Shown: positions 49,332 to 60,409 of the stretch, piece after piece
Numbering within the stretch: the stretch's first letter is position 1
Layout of the letters: each line of letters opens with the position of its first letter
Assembly: GCA_965208105.1 (NCBI GenBank)
Contig: OZ242318.1
Location: 1,120,001 to 1,184,000, forward strand
Direction: 5' to 3'
From: Candidatus Latescibacterota bacterium
GTDB taxonomy: Bacteria; Latescibacterota; UBA2968; UBA8231
Length of the DNA stretch: 64,000 nt
Notes under the pieces: generated by a model
Databases searched by the model: none
The model's input: the letters and a program-made list of their open reading frames with translations, nothing else
What the model was told of the DNA's origin: nothing
Position numbers and translations under genes: made by a program

Positions 49332-50933
49332 ATGACCACCTCCACCAAACCCGTTGCCGGTGCCTGGCACAAGTCGACCCTGCGCCACCTGCTCACCGAA
49401 ACCGACACCTTCGTCACCTGCGTCGAGCTGGTCACCTCGCGCGGCATCATCACCGAGCGCAGCGGCCGCCGCATCCTGGAGCTGGCGCGCCGGCTCGCCG
49501 AACATCCCCAGGTCCACGCCCTGAGTATCACCGACAACCCCGGCGGCAACGCCATGATCGGCGCCGATACCATGGGGACCGATCTCATCTCCCGCGGACA
49601 GGAGGTCATCATCCACCTCTCCTGCAAGGACTGGAACCGCAACGCCCTGCAGAGCCGCGGCTGGCAGTTGGCCAGCGAGGGGTTCGACAACGTCCTTGCC
49701 CTTTCCGGAGACTACCCCATCGACGGCTACCAGGGCCAGGCGGGGGGCGTCTTCGACATCGACTCGGTGGGCCTGCTGGAGATGTTCGCCTCCATGAACG
49801 CCGGCCTCCGCGCGCGGGGCGCCCGGCGCAGGAAGGCGCGCATGAAACGCACCCGCTTCTTCCTGGGGGCGGTGGTCAACAACCACAAGCTCCACGAGCG
49901 CGAGGTGATGCCGCAGTACTTCAAGCTGGCCAGGAAAATCGAAAGTGGAGCGGACTTCATCATCAATCAGATCGGCTACGACAGCCGCAAGCAGGACGAG
50001 CTGCTCAAGTACATGGCCTGTCGCGGCCTGGAGGCGCCGGTGCTGGGCAACGTATACGTGCTCAGCGGTCCCGCGGCAAGGGCCTTCAACTCCGGCCGCA
50101 TCCCCGGAGTGGTGGTGAGCGACGAACTCCTCGCCCTGAGCGAAAAGCACTCCGGCGGCGCGGACAAGGGCAAAGCCTTCTTCCTCGAGCTGGCGGCCAA
50201 GCAGTGCGCCGTCGCCAAGGGCCTGGGCTACCGCGGAGTCTACCTGGGGGGAAACCTGAGATACGAGGACTACGAGAGCGTCCTGGAAACAACCGCCGGA
50301 TTCGGGGACGGCGACTGGAAGGATTTCGCCCGGGAAATAGGCTTCAGCCTGCCCGGGGAGTTCTTCTTCTTCGAGCCGGAAGCGGGGACCGGCCTGAGCT
50401 CCACCGAGATCAGCCGCGCCTACCTGGACTCGAAGGCCCCGGAGTCCCTTGCCCGGGCGAGGCGGGGCGTCCCGCTGAGCTACAAGATCAACCGGGCGGT
50501 GCACGAGAAGGTCTTCGAAAAGGGGAGTTCGGGCTTCCGCGCCGGCAGGAAAATCTACGACCGCCTCGAAAAGGCCCGACCCGGGGTGCAGAAGCTTGCC
50601 CACGGCATGGAGCATGCCCTCAAGATAGCCGCCTTCGACTGCCGCGACTGCGGCGACTGCTCCCTGCCCGACATCGCCTATCTCTGTCCCGAGTCCCAGT
50701 GCGTCAAGAACCAGCGCAACGGTCCCTGCGGCGGCACGCGCCAGGGTCTCTGCGAGATCGGCGAAAAAGAATGCATATGGGCCCGCGCCTACGACAGACT
50801 CAAGGCCTTCGGAGAGGAGGAAGAGATGCTGGACCGGCCGGTTGTCTTCAAGAACGGCGCCCTCAAGGGTACCAGCGCCTGGGCCAACACCTTCCTGGAA
50901 CGGGACCACCACGGCGAACGCGAAAAGGAATAG
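49332..50933 (+). CDS. metF: Methylenetetrahydrofolate reductase with C-terminal Cys-rich (MetV-like) domain
   Basis: ITDNPGG, IHLSCKDWNR, LALSGD, KIESGADFIINQ; CRDCGDC..CPESQC..NGPCGG..CE..CIW. Confidence 0.85.
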   Translation: MTTSTKPVAGAWHKSTLRHLLTETDTFVTCVELVTSRGIITERSGRRILELARRLAEHPQVHALSITDNPGGNAMIGADTMGTDLISRGQEVIIHLSCKDWNRNALQSRGWQLASEGFDNVLALSGDYPIDGYQGQAGGVFDIDSVGLLEMFASMNAGLRARGARRRKARMKRTRFFLGAVVNNHKLHEREVMPQYFKLARKIESGADFIINQIGYDSRKQDELLKYMACRGLEAPVLGNVYVLSGPAARAFNSGRIPGVVVSDELLALSEKHSGGADKGKAFFLELAAKQCAVAKGLGYRGVYLGGNLRYEDYESVLETTAGFGDGDWKDFAREIGFSLPGEFFFFEPEAGTGLSSTEISRAYLDSKAPESLARARRGVPLSYKINRAVHEKVFEKGSSGFRAGRKIYDRLEKARPGVQKLAHGMEHALKIAAFDCRDCGDCSLPDIAYLCPESQCVKNQRNGPCGGTRQGLCEIGEKECIWARAYDRLKAFGEEEEMLDRPVVFKNGALKGTSAWANTFLERDHHGEREKE

Positions 50934-50953
50934 TAAAACTGGGGAACCATGCA

Positions 50954-51988
50954 ATGAAACCTGAAGGCCTCGACAAGGAATTCATCATCATCGGCGAGAA
51001 CGTCCACACCACGCGCATCCTCCTGCGCAAGGGCAAGCTCGTCACCACCAACCCGGACGGAGTCGAGTCGGTGCGCTTCTACGACTCGAACAGGAAACGG
51101 CGCTACCTGGCCATTCCAGCGAATGTCCAGCGCTCCCAGGACTACGAGGAGGGACGGGTCAAGCACGTCAAGATCGCCATCCAGGCCGCCATGGGCGGCG
51201 GCCCCGAAGCGGCCACCGGCATGGACTACCTCAGGCGCCTGGTCGAGCGCCAAGTGGCGGCGCGAACCGACTTCCTCGATCTCAACGTGGACGAAATCTC
51301 CCTGAAGCTGGAAGACCAGAAAACCGCCATGCAGTGGCTGGTGCGCACGGTGCAGGACATGTGCTCCATCCCCCTTTCGGTGGACTCCTCCAACATCGAG
51401 ATCATCGCCGCGGGCCTCGAAGCCGCCGCCGGCAACGGACGCCGCAACATGCTCAACTCCGCCTCCCTGGAACGCCTCGAGGCCCTGGACCTCGCCCACC
51501 GCTACGATTCCCGGGTCATCGTCACCGCGGCCGGGGCGGCGGGCATGCCCCAGAACGACGACGAGCGCGTCGACAACGCCACGCGCATGGTGGAGGCGGC
51601 GCTCGGCAAGGGCATCGCGCTGGCCGACATCTACGTCGATCCCTTGATCTTTCCCATCTCGGTGGACGGGGAGAACGGCAACTACAGCTTCGAGGCCATG
51701 CGCCGCCTGCGCGCCGATTTCGGCCCGGAGATCCACATAAGCGGAGGATTCAGCAACGTTTCCTTCGGACTTCCCTGCCGCCGCCTGGTCAACGACGTCT
51801 TCATGAATCTCGCCGTGGAGGCCGGCGCCGACAGCGGCATCGTCGACCCGGTCACCAGCGGGCTCGACGAGGTTTTCCGCATGGACCGCGGCTCGAGGTC
51901 CTACGAGCTGGCCGCCGACCTGCTGCTGGGCCGGGACCAGTACTGCAGGAACTTCCTGCGCGCCTACCGCAAAGGCGAACTGCAATAG
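50954..51988 (+). CDS. Pterin-binding methyltetrahydrofolate:corrinoid methyltransferase (AcsE/MetH-domain-like)
   Basis: IIGENVH, FLDLNVD, PLSVDSSN, IYVDPLIFP, GFSNVSFGLP. Confidence 0.85.
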   Translation: MKPEGLDKEFIIIGENVHTTRILLRKGKLVTTNPDGVESVRFYDSNRKRRYLAIPANVQRSQDYEEGRVKHVKIAIQAAMGGGPEAATGMDYLRRLVERQVAARTDFLDLNVDEISLKLEDQKTAMQWLVRTVQDMCSIPLSVDSSNIEIIAAGLEAAAGNGRRNMLNSASLERLEALDLAHRYDSRVIVTAAGAAGMPQNDDERVDNATRMVEAALGKGIALADIYVDPLIFPISVDGENGNYSFEAMRRLRADFGPEIHISGGFSNVSFGLPCRRLVNDVFMNLAVEAGADSGIVDPVTSGLDEVFRMDRGSRSYELAADLLLGRDQYCRNFLRAYRKGELQ

Positions 51989-51998
51989 GAGCGGACCC

Positions 51999-52265
51999 AT
52001 GGCCCGATACCAGATCCTCTACTGGCAGGACATTCCCGCTCAACTGCGCGCCTTCGACGACCGCAAGCCCATCAATCGCCCCTTGCCCCCGGTCTTCCAG
52101 GAGGAGATCGACCGCCTGGCCATGGAAGAGGGCCTGTTCGGCACCGACGACTACCTCGAACAGTGGCGCTGGAGCGAGAAGCGGGAACGCCCCGGCACCG
52201 CCGCGGAGGTGCTCGACGCGCTGGAGAGGGAAATCCGCGAGCAGTTCGACCACCTGGACAAGTAG
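51999..52265 (+). CDS. Small conserved protein ('virulence factor' Pfam-type, usually next to metF)
   Basis: ILYWQDIPAQ..LP..FQEEIDRLAM..DDYLEQW. Confidence 0.7.
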   Translation: MARYQILYWQDIPAQLRAFDDRKPINRPLPPVFQEEIDRLAMEEGLFGTDDYLEQWRWSEKRERPGTAAEVLDALEREIREQFDHLDK

Positions 52266-52352
52266 GAACGCTCATCCGCAGGCGAACCGTTCTCTCGGGG
52301 TGCGGGTTGCCCCTGGACAGGATCCGCAAGGCGGGAGGATTGGAATCGGTGC

Positions 52353-53141
52353 TCAGGCCCTCATGCGCAGCATGGGGCGGCTGAAGGAGACCGGCATGTA
52401 GTCGCTCCCGGCGCGCAGTGAACGGGTGCCCGGCGCCATGAAGTGGATGACGAAGGCGCGGCGCTGGCGACCGGTCCGGTTGGGCGGGGTATAGTGCAGG
52501 GTCTGGCAGTGGTGCAGCAAAGCGCCTCCAGCCGGCAGGGGCACGACCGCGGCCCTGCTTGCATCGACTTCGTCGCTGGACTCGAGCAAGGCACCTGTCT
52601 GCCGGGCGCGCTCGTGCTCGGCGGGGGCAAGGTGCGATTCGGGCAGCAGGTGCATGGCCCCGTTGCTCGCGTCCACGTCGTCGAGGGTCATCCAGCAGCT
52701 GACCAGGTTGGCCGGCACGCACTTCCAGTAGGCGTTGTCCTGGTGCCAGAAGACCGGACCGCCCTGGCGGGGCGGCTTGTTGAGGGCCTGGTCGTGGAAG
52801 AGCTGGATATTGGGGCCGATGAGGTCCTGGACCCGGTCGAGTATGGGGGGATGGTAGAGCAGGCGCCGGAAGAGGATGCTGCGCTCGCACATCCCTATGA
52901 TCTGCAGCATCTGCTCAGGGGCGCCGCGCTTGGCGCCCTCGTCCTGCCCGTCATCGATCGACAGGTTGCGGTAGTCGCCCTCGCGGCGGGCCTCCGCGAA
53001 GAGGCGGTCGTAGTCGCGGCGCAGCGCCTCCACCAGTTCAGGTTCGAGCAGAGGTCCGATCTCGACGTAGCCGCGCCGGTGGAAGTGGTCGATTTGTTCC
53101 CGGGTGAGGGTGGGGCTGAAGGGACTCTCGCAGGCGGTCAT
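52353..53141 (-). CDS. Phytanoyl-CoA dioxygenase family protein
   Basis: [29 protein letters not shown]. Confidence 0.9.
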   Translation of the reverse strand: MTACESPFSPTLTREQIDHFHRRGYVEIGPLLEPELVEALRRDYDRLFAEARREGDYRNLSIDDGQDEGAKRGAPEQMLQIIGMCERSILFRRLLYHPPILDRVQDLIGPNIQLFHDQALNKPPRQGGPVFWHQDNAYWKCVPANLVSCWMTLDDVDASNGAMHLLPESHLAPAEHERARQTGALLESSDEVDASRAAVVPLPAGGALLHHCQTLHYTPPNRTGRQRRAFVIHFMAPGTRSLRAGSDYMPVSFSRPMLRMRA

Positions 53142-53344
53142 GGGCGGTCCTTCCCCGGTTGAGCAGGGTGGATGGTTTCTGTTCCCTCGGGCAACAAATC
53201 TACCAGAAGTCCCCATCCGGCGCTACCTCTCCCCGAGGCGGCTGCCGCCGTCTTGACAGCCGCCGGGGCGGGCTCGACCTTTCCCTTGTCCACCCGGCTT
53301 CACATGCCGCGGGGACTTTCATCCTTTCATCCGGGAATTCCGCG

Positions 53345-55276
53345 ATGCTTTCAGACGACACCTACGAGGTCATCGTGGTGGGCGGCGGACACGCCGGGGT
53401 CGAGGCCGCCCTCGCCTCGGCCCGCATGGGCGCCCGCACCCTGCTCCTGACCATGAACCTGGACACCCTCGCGCAGATGTCGTGCAACCCGGCCATCGGC
53501 GGGATCGGCAAGGGGCACCTGGTCAAGGAGATCGACGCTCTGGGAGGCCAGATGGCGGTCAACATCGACCGGACGGGGATTCAGTTCCGCCGCCTCAACA
53601 CCCGCCGCGGACCCGCGGTGCGCGCTTCCCGGGCACAGGCCGACAAAAAGGCCTACCAGTTCGAGATGAAGTACGCCTGCGAGCAGCAGCCCGACCTCGA
53701 CCTGCGCCAGGGCATGATGGAACGGCTGGTCATCGACGGTGGAAAGGTCCAGGGCGTCGGCGTCAAGGGCGGCGTCCTCTACCGCGGCCGCAGCGTCGTC
53801 CTCACCACCGGGACCTTTCTCAGGGGCAGGATCCACGTCGGCGACTTCTCCTACGGCGCCGGCCGCGCCGGGGAGAGCGCCTCCGAGAAAGCCGCCGAGG
53901 GCCTGGCCGCCCTGGGCTTCGAGATCGGCCGCCTCAAGACCGGCACGCCTCCCCGGGTGAACGGCCGCACCGTCGACTTCCAGGCCATGGAGGAGCAGCC
54001 CGGCGACGAGCCTCCGCGCCCCTTCTCCTACGCGGTCGAGGAAATAACCCAACCGCAGTTGTCCTGCTGGATCACCTACACCAACGCCCGGACCCACGGC
54101 CTCATCGCCGACAATCTCCGGCGCTCCGCCATGTACAGCGGACGCATCGAGGCCGTCGGCCCGCGCTACTGTCCCTCCATCGAGGACAAGGTGGTCAAGT
54201 TCGCCGACAAGGAGCGCCACCAGATCTTCGTCGAGCCCGAGGGCCTGCGCACCCTGGAGCACTACATCAACGGCCTTTCCATGAGCCTGCCCGAGGAGCT
54301 CCAGCACGACATCCTGCGCAGCATTCCGGGGCTGGAAAAGGCCGAGATCATGCGTCCGGCCTACGCGGTCGAGTACGACTACGCGCCGCCCACGCAGCTC
54401 TACTCCCACTTGGAGACCAAGCGGGTGGAAGGCCTTTTCTTCGCCGGCCAGATCAACGGCACCACGGGCTACGAGGAGGCCGCGGCCCAGGGCCTGATGG
54501 CGGGGGTGAACGCGGTCCTCAAGGTCCGCGGCGAGCCTCCCTTCGTTCTCGACCGCTCCACCGCCTACATCGGCGTTCTCATCGACGATCTGGTAACCAA
54601 GGGCACCCAGGAACCCTACCGCATCTTCACCTCCCGCGCCGAGTACCGCCTCCTGCTGCGCGAGGACAACGCGGACTACCGCCTGATGGAACTGGGCCGC
54701 CGCTTCGGCCTGGTCACCGATCCCGTCTACCGGCGCTTCGAGGTCAAGCAGAGGCAGGTGGAGGAAGAGATGGCGCGCCTGCGCCGGCAGCGCGTCCGCC
54801 CAGACGACCGGGTGCGGGAGGTGATGCGGCGCCAGGGCGCCCCTCCCCTCAAGGAGCCCGCCCTGCTCTCCGACCTTTTGCGCCGGCCCGAGCTGGGTTA
54901 CGACCATATCGCCGCCATCGCCCCCCCGGCCACTACCCTGGGGCGGGACGCGGCCGAGCACGTCGAGGCCGAAATCAAGTACGCGGCCTACATCGAGCGC
55001 CAGAACGACCAGGTGGCCAAGCTCAGCCGCCTGGAGTCCCTCTCCATTCCCGCGGATTTCGACTATCACAGCGAGGCCCGGCACCTCTCCAGGGAAGCGC
55101 GGCAGAAGCTTGCCGCCATTCGCCCCGGGACCCTGGGCCAGGCCGGGCGCATCTCCGGGGTCTCCCCCGCCGACGTGTCCTCGCTGATGGTCCTGCTGCA
55201 CGCCCGCCGCGCCCCAAACAGCGCGGGCGGGGCGGGCGCAAAGAGGCAGAACGGCTCCCGGAAAAGCTGCGGTTAG
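53345..55276 (+). CDS. mnmG: tRNA uridine 5-carboxymethylaminomethyl modification enzyme
   Basis: [55 protein letters not shown]. Confidence 0.98.
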   Translation: MLSDDTYEVIVVGGGHAGVEAALASARMGARTLLLTMNLDTLAQMSCNPAIGGIGKGHLVKEIDALGGQMAVNIDRTGIQFRRLNTRRGPAVRASRAQADKKAYQFEMKYACEQQPDLDLRQGMMERLVIDGGKVQGVGVKGGVLYRGRSVVLTTGTFLRGRIHVGDFSYGAGRAGESASEKAAEGLAALGFEIGRLKTGTPPRVNGRTVDFQAMEEQPGDEPPRPFSYAVEEITQPQLSCWITYTNARTHGLIADNLRRSAMYSGRIEAVGPRYCPSIEDKVVKFADKERHQIFVEPEGLRTLEHYINGLSMSLPEELQHDILRSIPGLEKAEIMRPAYAVEYDYAPPTQLYSHLETKRVEGLFFAGQINGTTGYEEAAAQGLMAGVNAVLKVRGEPPFVLDRSTAYIGVLIDDLVTKGTQEPYRIFTSRAEYRLLLREDNADYRLMELGRRFGLVTDPVYRRFEVKQRQVEEEMARLRRQRVRPDDRVREVMRRQGAPPLKEPALLSDLLRRPELGYDHIAAIAPPATTLGRDAAEHVEAEIKYAAYIERQNDQVAKLSRLESLSIPADFDYHSEARHLSREARQKLAAIRPGTLGQAGRISGVSPADVSSLMVLLHARRAPNSAGGAGAKRQNGSRKSCG

Positions 55277-55336
55277 CTCTTGCCTAATACCCCGGTATTT
55301 CTTAATTGTTAGAGCTTTACAACCTGGAAGGAATCC

Positions 55337-56029
55337 ATGCGCTTAATGCTGATAGGGGCGCCGGCCTCGGGCAAGGGCACCCAGGCCAAACGCCTCGCCA
55401 GGCACTTCGACATCGGACACGTCTCCACCGGGGACATGCTGCGCCGGGCAGTGGCCGAGCGCACCGATCTGGGGCTGGTGGTGGAGCACTACCTCAAGCA
55501 CGGCTGGCTGGTGCCCGACCACCACGTCATGACCCTGGTGCGGGAGCGCCTCTCCAACGGCGATATCTCCAGCGGCTTCATCCTCGACGGCTTCCCGCGC
55601 ACCTTGAGCCAGGCCCGGGACTTCGACCAGTGCCTGGACGAGCTCGATCACGCCCTCGACGCGGTGATCCTCATGGACGTGCCGGACGCCACCGTGCTCG
55701 AGCGCATTACCGGACGCCGGGCCGACCCCCAGACCGGGCGCATCTACCACCTCAAGTACAATCCGCCGCCGCCGGAGATCCTTTCCCGGCTGGAACAGCG
55801 CGAGGACGACACTGAGGAAGTGATGCAGGAACGTCTGGATACCTACCACCGGGAGATTGACCCCGTCATCGAGCACTACGAGGGAAGGTCCCCTTTCCTG
55901 CGCATCGACGGAACGGCCTCCGAGAAAGGGGTCTTCGACGCCATCCTGGACCGCCTCCAGTGCCTGGCCGGGGATGGCCGGCGGTCTCTCAGCAGCCTGC
56001 CGTCCCTCCTGGCGATGTTCGGATTTTGA
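55337..56029 (+). CDS. adk: Adenylate kinase
   Basis: GAPASGKGTQA, STGDMLR, GFILDGFPRT, QREDD. Confidence 0.95.
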   Translation: MRLMLIGAPASGKGTQAKRLARHFDIGHVSTGDMLRRAVAERTDLGLVVEHYLKHGWLVPDHHVMTLVRERLSNGDISSGFILDGFPRTLSQARDFDQCLDELDHALDAVILMDVPDATVLERITGRRADPQTGRIYHLKYNPPPPEILSRLEQREDDTEEVMQERLDTYHREIDPVIEHYEGRSPFLRIDGTASEKGVFDAILDRLQCLAGDGRRSLSSLPSLLAMFGF

Positions 56030-56065
56030 CCGGGACCAGCCCATAATTCCGGAGGTGGAAAGGCC

Positions 56066-56392
56066 ATGGCGGAAATGGACAAAACGGTTCTGTACCGCAG
56101 CGGCATCGGCAAGTTCGTGCAGCAGGACTTCGAGGGAGCGCTGAAGGATTTTCACCAGGCTCTCGAGCTCGACCCGAATTTCGCCGACGTGCTCCAGGCC
56201 GCCGCCCACGTCTACGAGAAGATGGGCGATTTCGACGCGGCTCTCGAATACGCCAAGAAGGCGGTGGAGTGCAATCCCGATGATTTCCTGGCCCACACCA
56301 CCCTCTCCATTTTCTACCAGCGCAAGGGCATGATCCCCGAAGCCGAGGAGGAGAAAGCCATTGCCGCGCGCCTGCAGCATTCGCAAGCCTAG
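56066..56392 (+). CDS. TPR-repeat protein
   Basis: ALELDPNFA and AVECNPDD TPR turns. Confidence 0.8.
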   Translation: MAEMDKTVLYRSGIGKFVQQDFEGALKDFHQALELDPNFADVLQAAAHVYEKMGDFDAALEYAKKAVECNPDDFLAHTTLSIFYQRKGMIPEAEEEKAIAARLQHSQA

Positions 56393-56445
56393 TGTCCCGG
56401 CGGAGCACGCGGTCCCCGTTCGGGGCGCAACCGGCAGCCCATTCC

Positions 56446-57492
56446 ATGCAGATCGGCCCCTACACCCTGACCCCGCTGCGGGCGGGCATGCCCATCCTGA
56501 CCCTGGCTCCCCTGGCCGGCGTCGGCAACTGGGTCTTCCGCCTCATCTGCGCCCGCCTCGGTGCGCGCCTGGTGGGAGTGGAGTTCATCAACTGCCGCAC
56601 CATCCCCGAGAAATCGCGCCGCAGCGAAGGCCTGCTCGACTTCTCCGACGCGGGGATCTACCGCGACAGCGGCCTCTCCCTGCTCGCCGCCCAGATCTAC
56701 GGCAACGACCTCGACCTCATCGCCGCCGGCGCCCAGGAGTTCGAGCGCCGCGGGGCCCAGATCGTCGACATCAACTTCGGTTGCTCCGTGCCCCGCATCC
56801 TCCAGAAGGGATGCGGCGGCGCCTATCTGCGCGACCTCGACCTGCTCTACCGCGCCGTGCGCAAGACCGTGGATTCGGTGCGGGTTCCGGTCATGGTCAA
56901 GACCCGGATCGGCTGGGACCCCGACAGCATCAACATCCTGGAGGTGGTGCGCCGGGTCGAGGACGCAGGCGCCCGCGCCATCGCCATCCACGCGCGCACG
57001 GTGGTGCAGAAGTACAAGGGGCAGGCGGACTGGGACTGGATCGGCCGCGCCAAGGAAATGGCGGGCATCCCCGTGCTCGGCAACGGCGACGTGTGCTCCT
57101 ACGAGGACAGCGTCGCCATGCGGAGAGTGACCGGCTGCGACGCGGTGATGATCGGCCGCGCCGCCATGGCCAACCCCTGGATCTTCTCGGCGCGGCGCGG
57201 CGCTTCCCTGCGCGACCGCCTCGACCTGGCCCTGGAGCAGGTGAAGCTCATGGCCACCTACAGGGGCGAGCGCGTCGGCGTGCTGCAGAGCCGCAAGCAC
57301 CTGGCGCTCTACTTCAGGGGGCTGCCCCGGACCGGGGCCATGAGGCGGCTGCTGCTGACCACCGACTCCCTGGGCGAGCTCGTCGACCTCATGCAATCAT
57401 GGCGCGACCGCCTCGAGCCCGGAGCCGAAGAAGCGGACCTGACCCTTTCGGACAGAGAGGCCGACGCCCTGGCCTGGGGAGGAACGGGCTGA
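56446..57492 (+). CDS. dusB: tRNA-dihydrouridine synthase
   Basis: LAPLAG, DINFGC, VKTRIGW, IHART, NGD, VMIGR..NPWIF. Confidence 0.88.
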   Translation: MQIGPYTLTPLRAGMPILTLAPLAGVGNWVFRLICARLGARLVGVEFINCRTIPEKSRRSEGLLDFSDAGIYRDSGLSLLAAQIYGNDLDLIAAGAQEFERRGAQIVDINFGCSVPRILQKGCGGAYLRDLDLLYRAVRKTVDSVRVPVMVKTRIGWDPDSINILEVVRRVEDAGARAIAIHARTVVQKYKGQADWDWIGRAKEMAGIPVLGNGDVCSYEDSVAMRRVTGCDAVMIGRAAMANPWIFSARRGASLRDRLDLALEQVKLMATYRGERVGVLQSRKHLALYFRGLPRTGAMRRLLLTTDSLGELVDLMQSWRDRLEPGAEEADLTLSDREADALAWGGTG

Positions 57493-57980
57493 TGCCGAAA
57501 TTGCCGTCGTATCTCACCCTCTTCCTCGGACTTTCCGCCACCGCGGCCATCCTGGGCGGCTGCGAGGCCGAGCCGGTCTCCATTCAGGTCCATCCGGCCG
57601 CCCTTGTGGTGGACCCGCAGACCGCTCCCGACCCGGGTTGGACCCTGGTGGATTTCGACGGCAGCGCGCGCACCCCGGAGGCCTTCTACCAGGTGCGCGC
57701 CGAACCCCTCTTCGGAGAGCGCCACATCGTCGCCCTCCAGGCCCGGCCCCAGGGCGACGGCAGCTTCGCCATCGACCTCCAGTTCGACGACTACGCCCGG
57801 CGCCGGATAGAGGAGTTCGGAGCCCGTTTCCCCTACCTCAAAAAGCCCCTGGCCATCAAGGTCAACGGCCGCTGGGTCGATTTCATCCCGCAGCCGGGGG
57901 AGAGCGGCGACCCCATGACTCTCTACGGCTTCGACGAGACCGAGGTGGAGGCGCTGCAGCGCTACCTGGAAGACAGATAG
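57492..57980 (+). CDS. Hypothetical lipoprotein (SecDF head-domain-like)
   Basis: LGGC lipobox; IDLQFD..PLAIKVNG pattern. Confidence 0.5.
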   Translation: MPKLPSYLTLFLGLSATAAILGGCEAEPVSIQVHPAALVVDPQTAPDPGWTLVDFDGSARTPEAFYQVRAEPLFGERHIVALQARPQGDGSFAIDLQFDDYARRRIEEFGARFPYLKKPLAIKVNGRWVDFIPQPGESGDPMTLYGFDETEVEALQRYLEDR

Positions 57981-57990
57981 GCAGGAGACA

Positions 57991-59154
57991 ATGAAGATCA
58001 AGTCGATCGACCTGGTGAAAATCCAGCGGCCTGCCAGGGCGGCCGGTGCCCGCTCCCGGCGCCGGAGCTGGCAGGCCGGGGACGAGGTCGCCAATCCCAT
58101 GTCCCGCTTCTCGCGCTTCAAGCGCCACCGCAGCCTCTACGCCCCTCGCCGCTGGCCCGGGTTCGGAGTCAAGGTCACCGCCGGAAACGGCGCCTGGGGC
58201 CTGGGCACGGTGATGGGGCGGCCCGCCGCCGCGGTGATCGAGGACGCCTTCGCCCACGTCCTGGAGGGAGAGGACTGCCTCGCCATCGAAAAGCTGTGGG
58301 ACATGATGTTCCGCGTCTCCAAGCCCTTCGGCACCCCGGGCATCGCCACCCTGGCCATGAGCGCGGTGGACCTGGCGCTGTGGGACCTGGCCGGCAAGCT
58401 CCATGGCAAGCCGGTATACGAGCTCATCGGCGGTCCCGCCCGCGACCGCATCTTCGTATACGCCACCGGAAACGACGTGGATTGGTACAGGGAGCTGGGG
58501 TTCAAGGCCTTCAAGCTGGCCCTGCCCCATGGACCGGCAGACGGCCTGGAGGGGATGGAAGAGAACGAGCGGCGGGTGGCCCAGGCCCGGGACATAATCG
58601 GCGACGGAGCCGAGCTCATGCTGGACTGCTACATGGCCCTCGACGTGGACTACGCCGTGCGCCTGGCCGAGCGCCTGCGGCCCTACCGGCTCAGGTGGAT
58701 CGAGGAGTGCCTAATCCCCGAGGACGTGGAGGGCCACATCCAGCTGCGCCGCCGCCTGCCCTGGATGACCCTGGCCGCCGGCGAGCACCTCTACACCCCC
58801 TTCCCCTTCCAGCAGATGATCAAGCACGGCTGCCTCGACATCCTGCAGCCGGACATCCACTGGGCGGGGGGGATGACCGCATGCATCAAGATCTGCCACA
58901 TGGCCGAGGCGGCCGGCCTCCAGGTCATCCTCCACGGCGGCGGCGGTCAGCCCGAAGGACAGCACCTGACCTGGGCCATGTCCAACACCCCCTGGGCGGA
59001 GTACTTCGTCGGCACCGACCCTGGTATTCCCCTGGCGGAGTCGGCCGCCTCCGGAGCCCTGGTTCCCAGCGAAGGTTACATCGAGTTCCGGCCCTGCGGC
59101 CCCGGCTTCGGCCTCGGTATCGAGGAGGAATGGCTGGAGCCCCTGGGGGACTGA
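57991..59154 (+). CDS. L-rhamnonate dehydratase-like enolase-superfamily enzyme
   Basis: VANPMS, SAVDLALWDL, YATG, MLDCYM, WIEE, AGEH, LQPD. Confidence 0.8.
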   Translation: MKIKSIDLVKIQRPARAAGARSRRRSWQAGDEVANPMSRFSRFKRHRSLYAPRRWPGFGVKVTAGNGAWGLGTVMGRPAAAVIEDAFAHVLEGEDCLAIEKLWDMMFRVSKPFGTPGIATLAMSAVDLALWDLAGKLHGKPVYELIGGPARDRIFVYATGNDVDWYRELGFKAFKLALPHGPADGLEGMEENERRVAQARDIIGDGAELMLDCYMALDVDYAVRLAERLRPYRLRWIEECLIPEDVEGHIQLRRRLPWMTLAAGEHLYTPFPFQQMIKHGCLDILQPDIHWAGGMTACIKICHMAEAAGLQVILHGGGGQPEGQHLTWAMSNTPWAEYFVGTDPGIPLAESAASGALVPSEGYIEFRPCGPGFGLGIEEEWLEPLGD

Positions 59155-59164
59155 CTACCTTCCT

Positions 59165-60355
59165 TCACCAACCCTTCCAGCTGCCGTCGGCGTGGCGGTA
59201 CTGGCGGTAGCCCATGGGCTCGAGGTTCATGGCGGCGACGTCCGCTTCCTTCACCTCGATCCCCAGGCCCGGCTGGTCGCTGACCGGGATGTAGCCGTCC
59301 TCGATGGCCATGTCGTGCTCGGCGTAGAGGCCGAAGCGGTCGAAGTAGGTCGCCACCATCTCCTGGATCAGGAAATTCGGGATGGAAGCGACGGCATGCA
59401 GGGTCGCCGCCGTTCCGATGGGCCCGGCCACGTTGTGGGGCGCCATCAGCATCTGCTGGCGGTCGGCGCTCCTGGCAATCTCGCAAAACTCTCCGATGCC
59501 CAGGCAATGGGTGATGTCCGGCTGCAGGAAGGCGCATGCCCGGCGCCGGATCAGGGGGTCGAACTCGGCCACCGAGAACAGTTTCTCCCCCGTGGCGATG
59601 GGGACCGGGCTGCGCCGCGAAACCTCCAGCAGGGCCTCCACCGAACCGACCTTGACCGGCTCTTCGAGGAACATGGGAGAGTAGACGGCAACCCGGCGGG
59701 CGAACTCGAGGCCGAGCTCGGGGATGGGACTGCCGTGGGCGTCGAGCAGGATGACGCCATGGGGCCCCATGGCCTCCCGCGCCGCGGCCACGCACTCGAT
59801 ACTGCGCTCGATGGCGGCCATGTCCATGGGGTCGCGGCGCGACTCCAGGGGATTGCCCTTCACCCCGGCGAAGCCCTTGTCGATCCAGCGCTTGGCGGTG
59901 GCGGCAGCCTCCTCGGGGGAGCTCTCCACCAGCCCGCCGCTGGCATATACCCGGACCCGGTCGCGGCGCTTGCCGCCGAGGATGGTGTGGACGGGCACAC
60001 CCCAGGCCTTGCCGGCTATGTCGTAGAGGGCCATGTTGATCGCGGCGACGGCGGTGCCGACCACGGGACCGCCCCTCCAGGGGGAGCGCCGGCTCACGTC
60101 GTCGGTGAGGGCATCCACCTGGGTCGGGTCGCGCCCCAGCAGCAGGGGGACCAACTGCTGGAGCAGGACATCCACCGGCCCGACGAGCCATTCGCCGCTG
60201 CCGTCGCCCCAGCCGCTGATGCCGGCGTCGGTCTCGAGCTTGAGAAAGAGCCAGCTCTTGGTGGTGCTGCACAGCAGCTCGCCGGTGCCGGGGTCGCGGA
60301 TCTCCTGCCCCGTGGGTACGGAGAAGGGATAGGTTTTGACCGCGGTGATCTTCAT
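59165..60355 (-). CDS. Mandelate racemase / galactonate dehydratase-like enzyme
   Basis: WLFLKLETDAGISGWG, LDAHG, FLEEP, ATGE, LQPD, APHN. Confidence 0.85.
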   Translation of the reverse strand: MKITAVKTYPFSVPTGQEIRDPGTGELLCSTTKSWLFLKLETDAGISGWGDGSGEWLVGPVDVLLQQLVPLLLGRDPTQVDALTDDVSRRSPWRGGPVVGTAVAAINMALYDIAGKAWGVPVHTILGGKRRDRVRVYASGGLVESSPEEAAATAKRWIDKGFAGVKGNPLESRRDPMDMAAIERSIECVAAAREAMGPHGVILLDAHGSPIPELGLEFARRVAVYSPMFLEEPVKVGSVEALLEVSRRSPVPIATGEKLFSVAEFDPLIRRRACAFLQPDITHCLGIGEFCEIARSADRQQMLMAPHNVAGPIGTAATLHAVASIPNFLIQEMVATYFDRFGLYAEHDMAIEDGYIPVSDQPGLGIEVKEADVAAMNLEPMGYRQYRHADGSWKGW

Positions 60356-60409
60356 GGGACCCACCTGGGGGACCCGGCCCCTGCGAGCACCGCTGCCTCT
60401 CCTTCCAAT

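Noticed and set aside
49229-51988. 919-aa ORF suggesting a giant fusion
   Set aside because: The N-terminal part is an off-frame shadow of metF; the real gene starts at 50954
578-55201. Long antisense or off-frame ORFs (e.g. 578-2158, 9384-11432, 29773-31935, 34874-36811, 47131-49221, 53351-55201)
   Set aside because: High-GC shadow ORFs overlapping well-supported genes; no motifs
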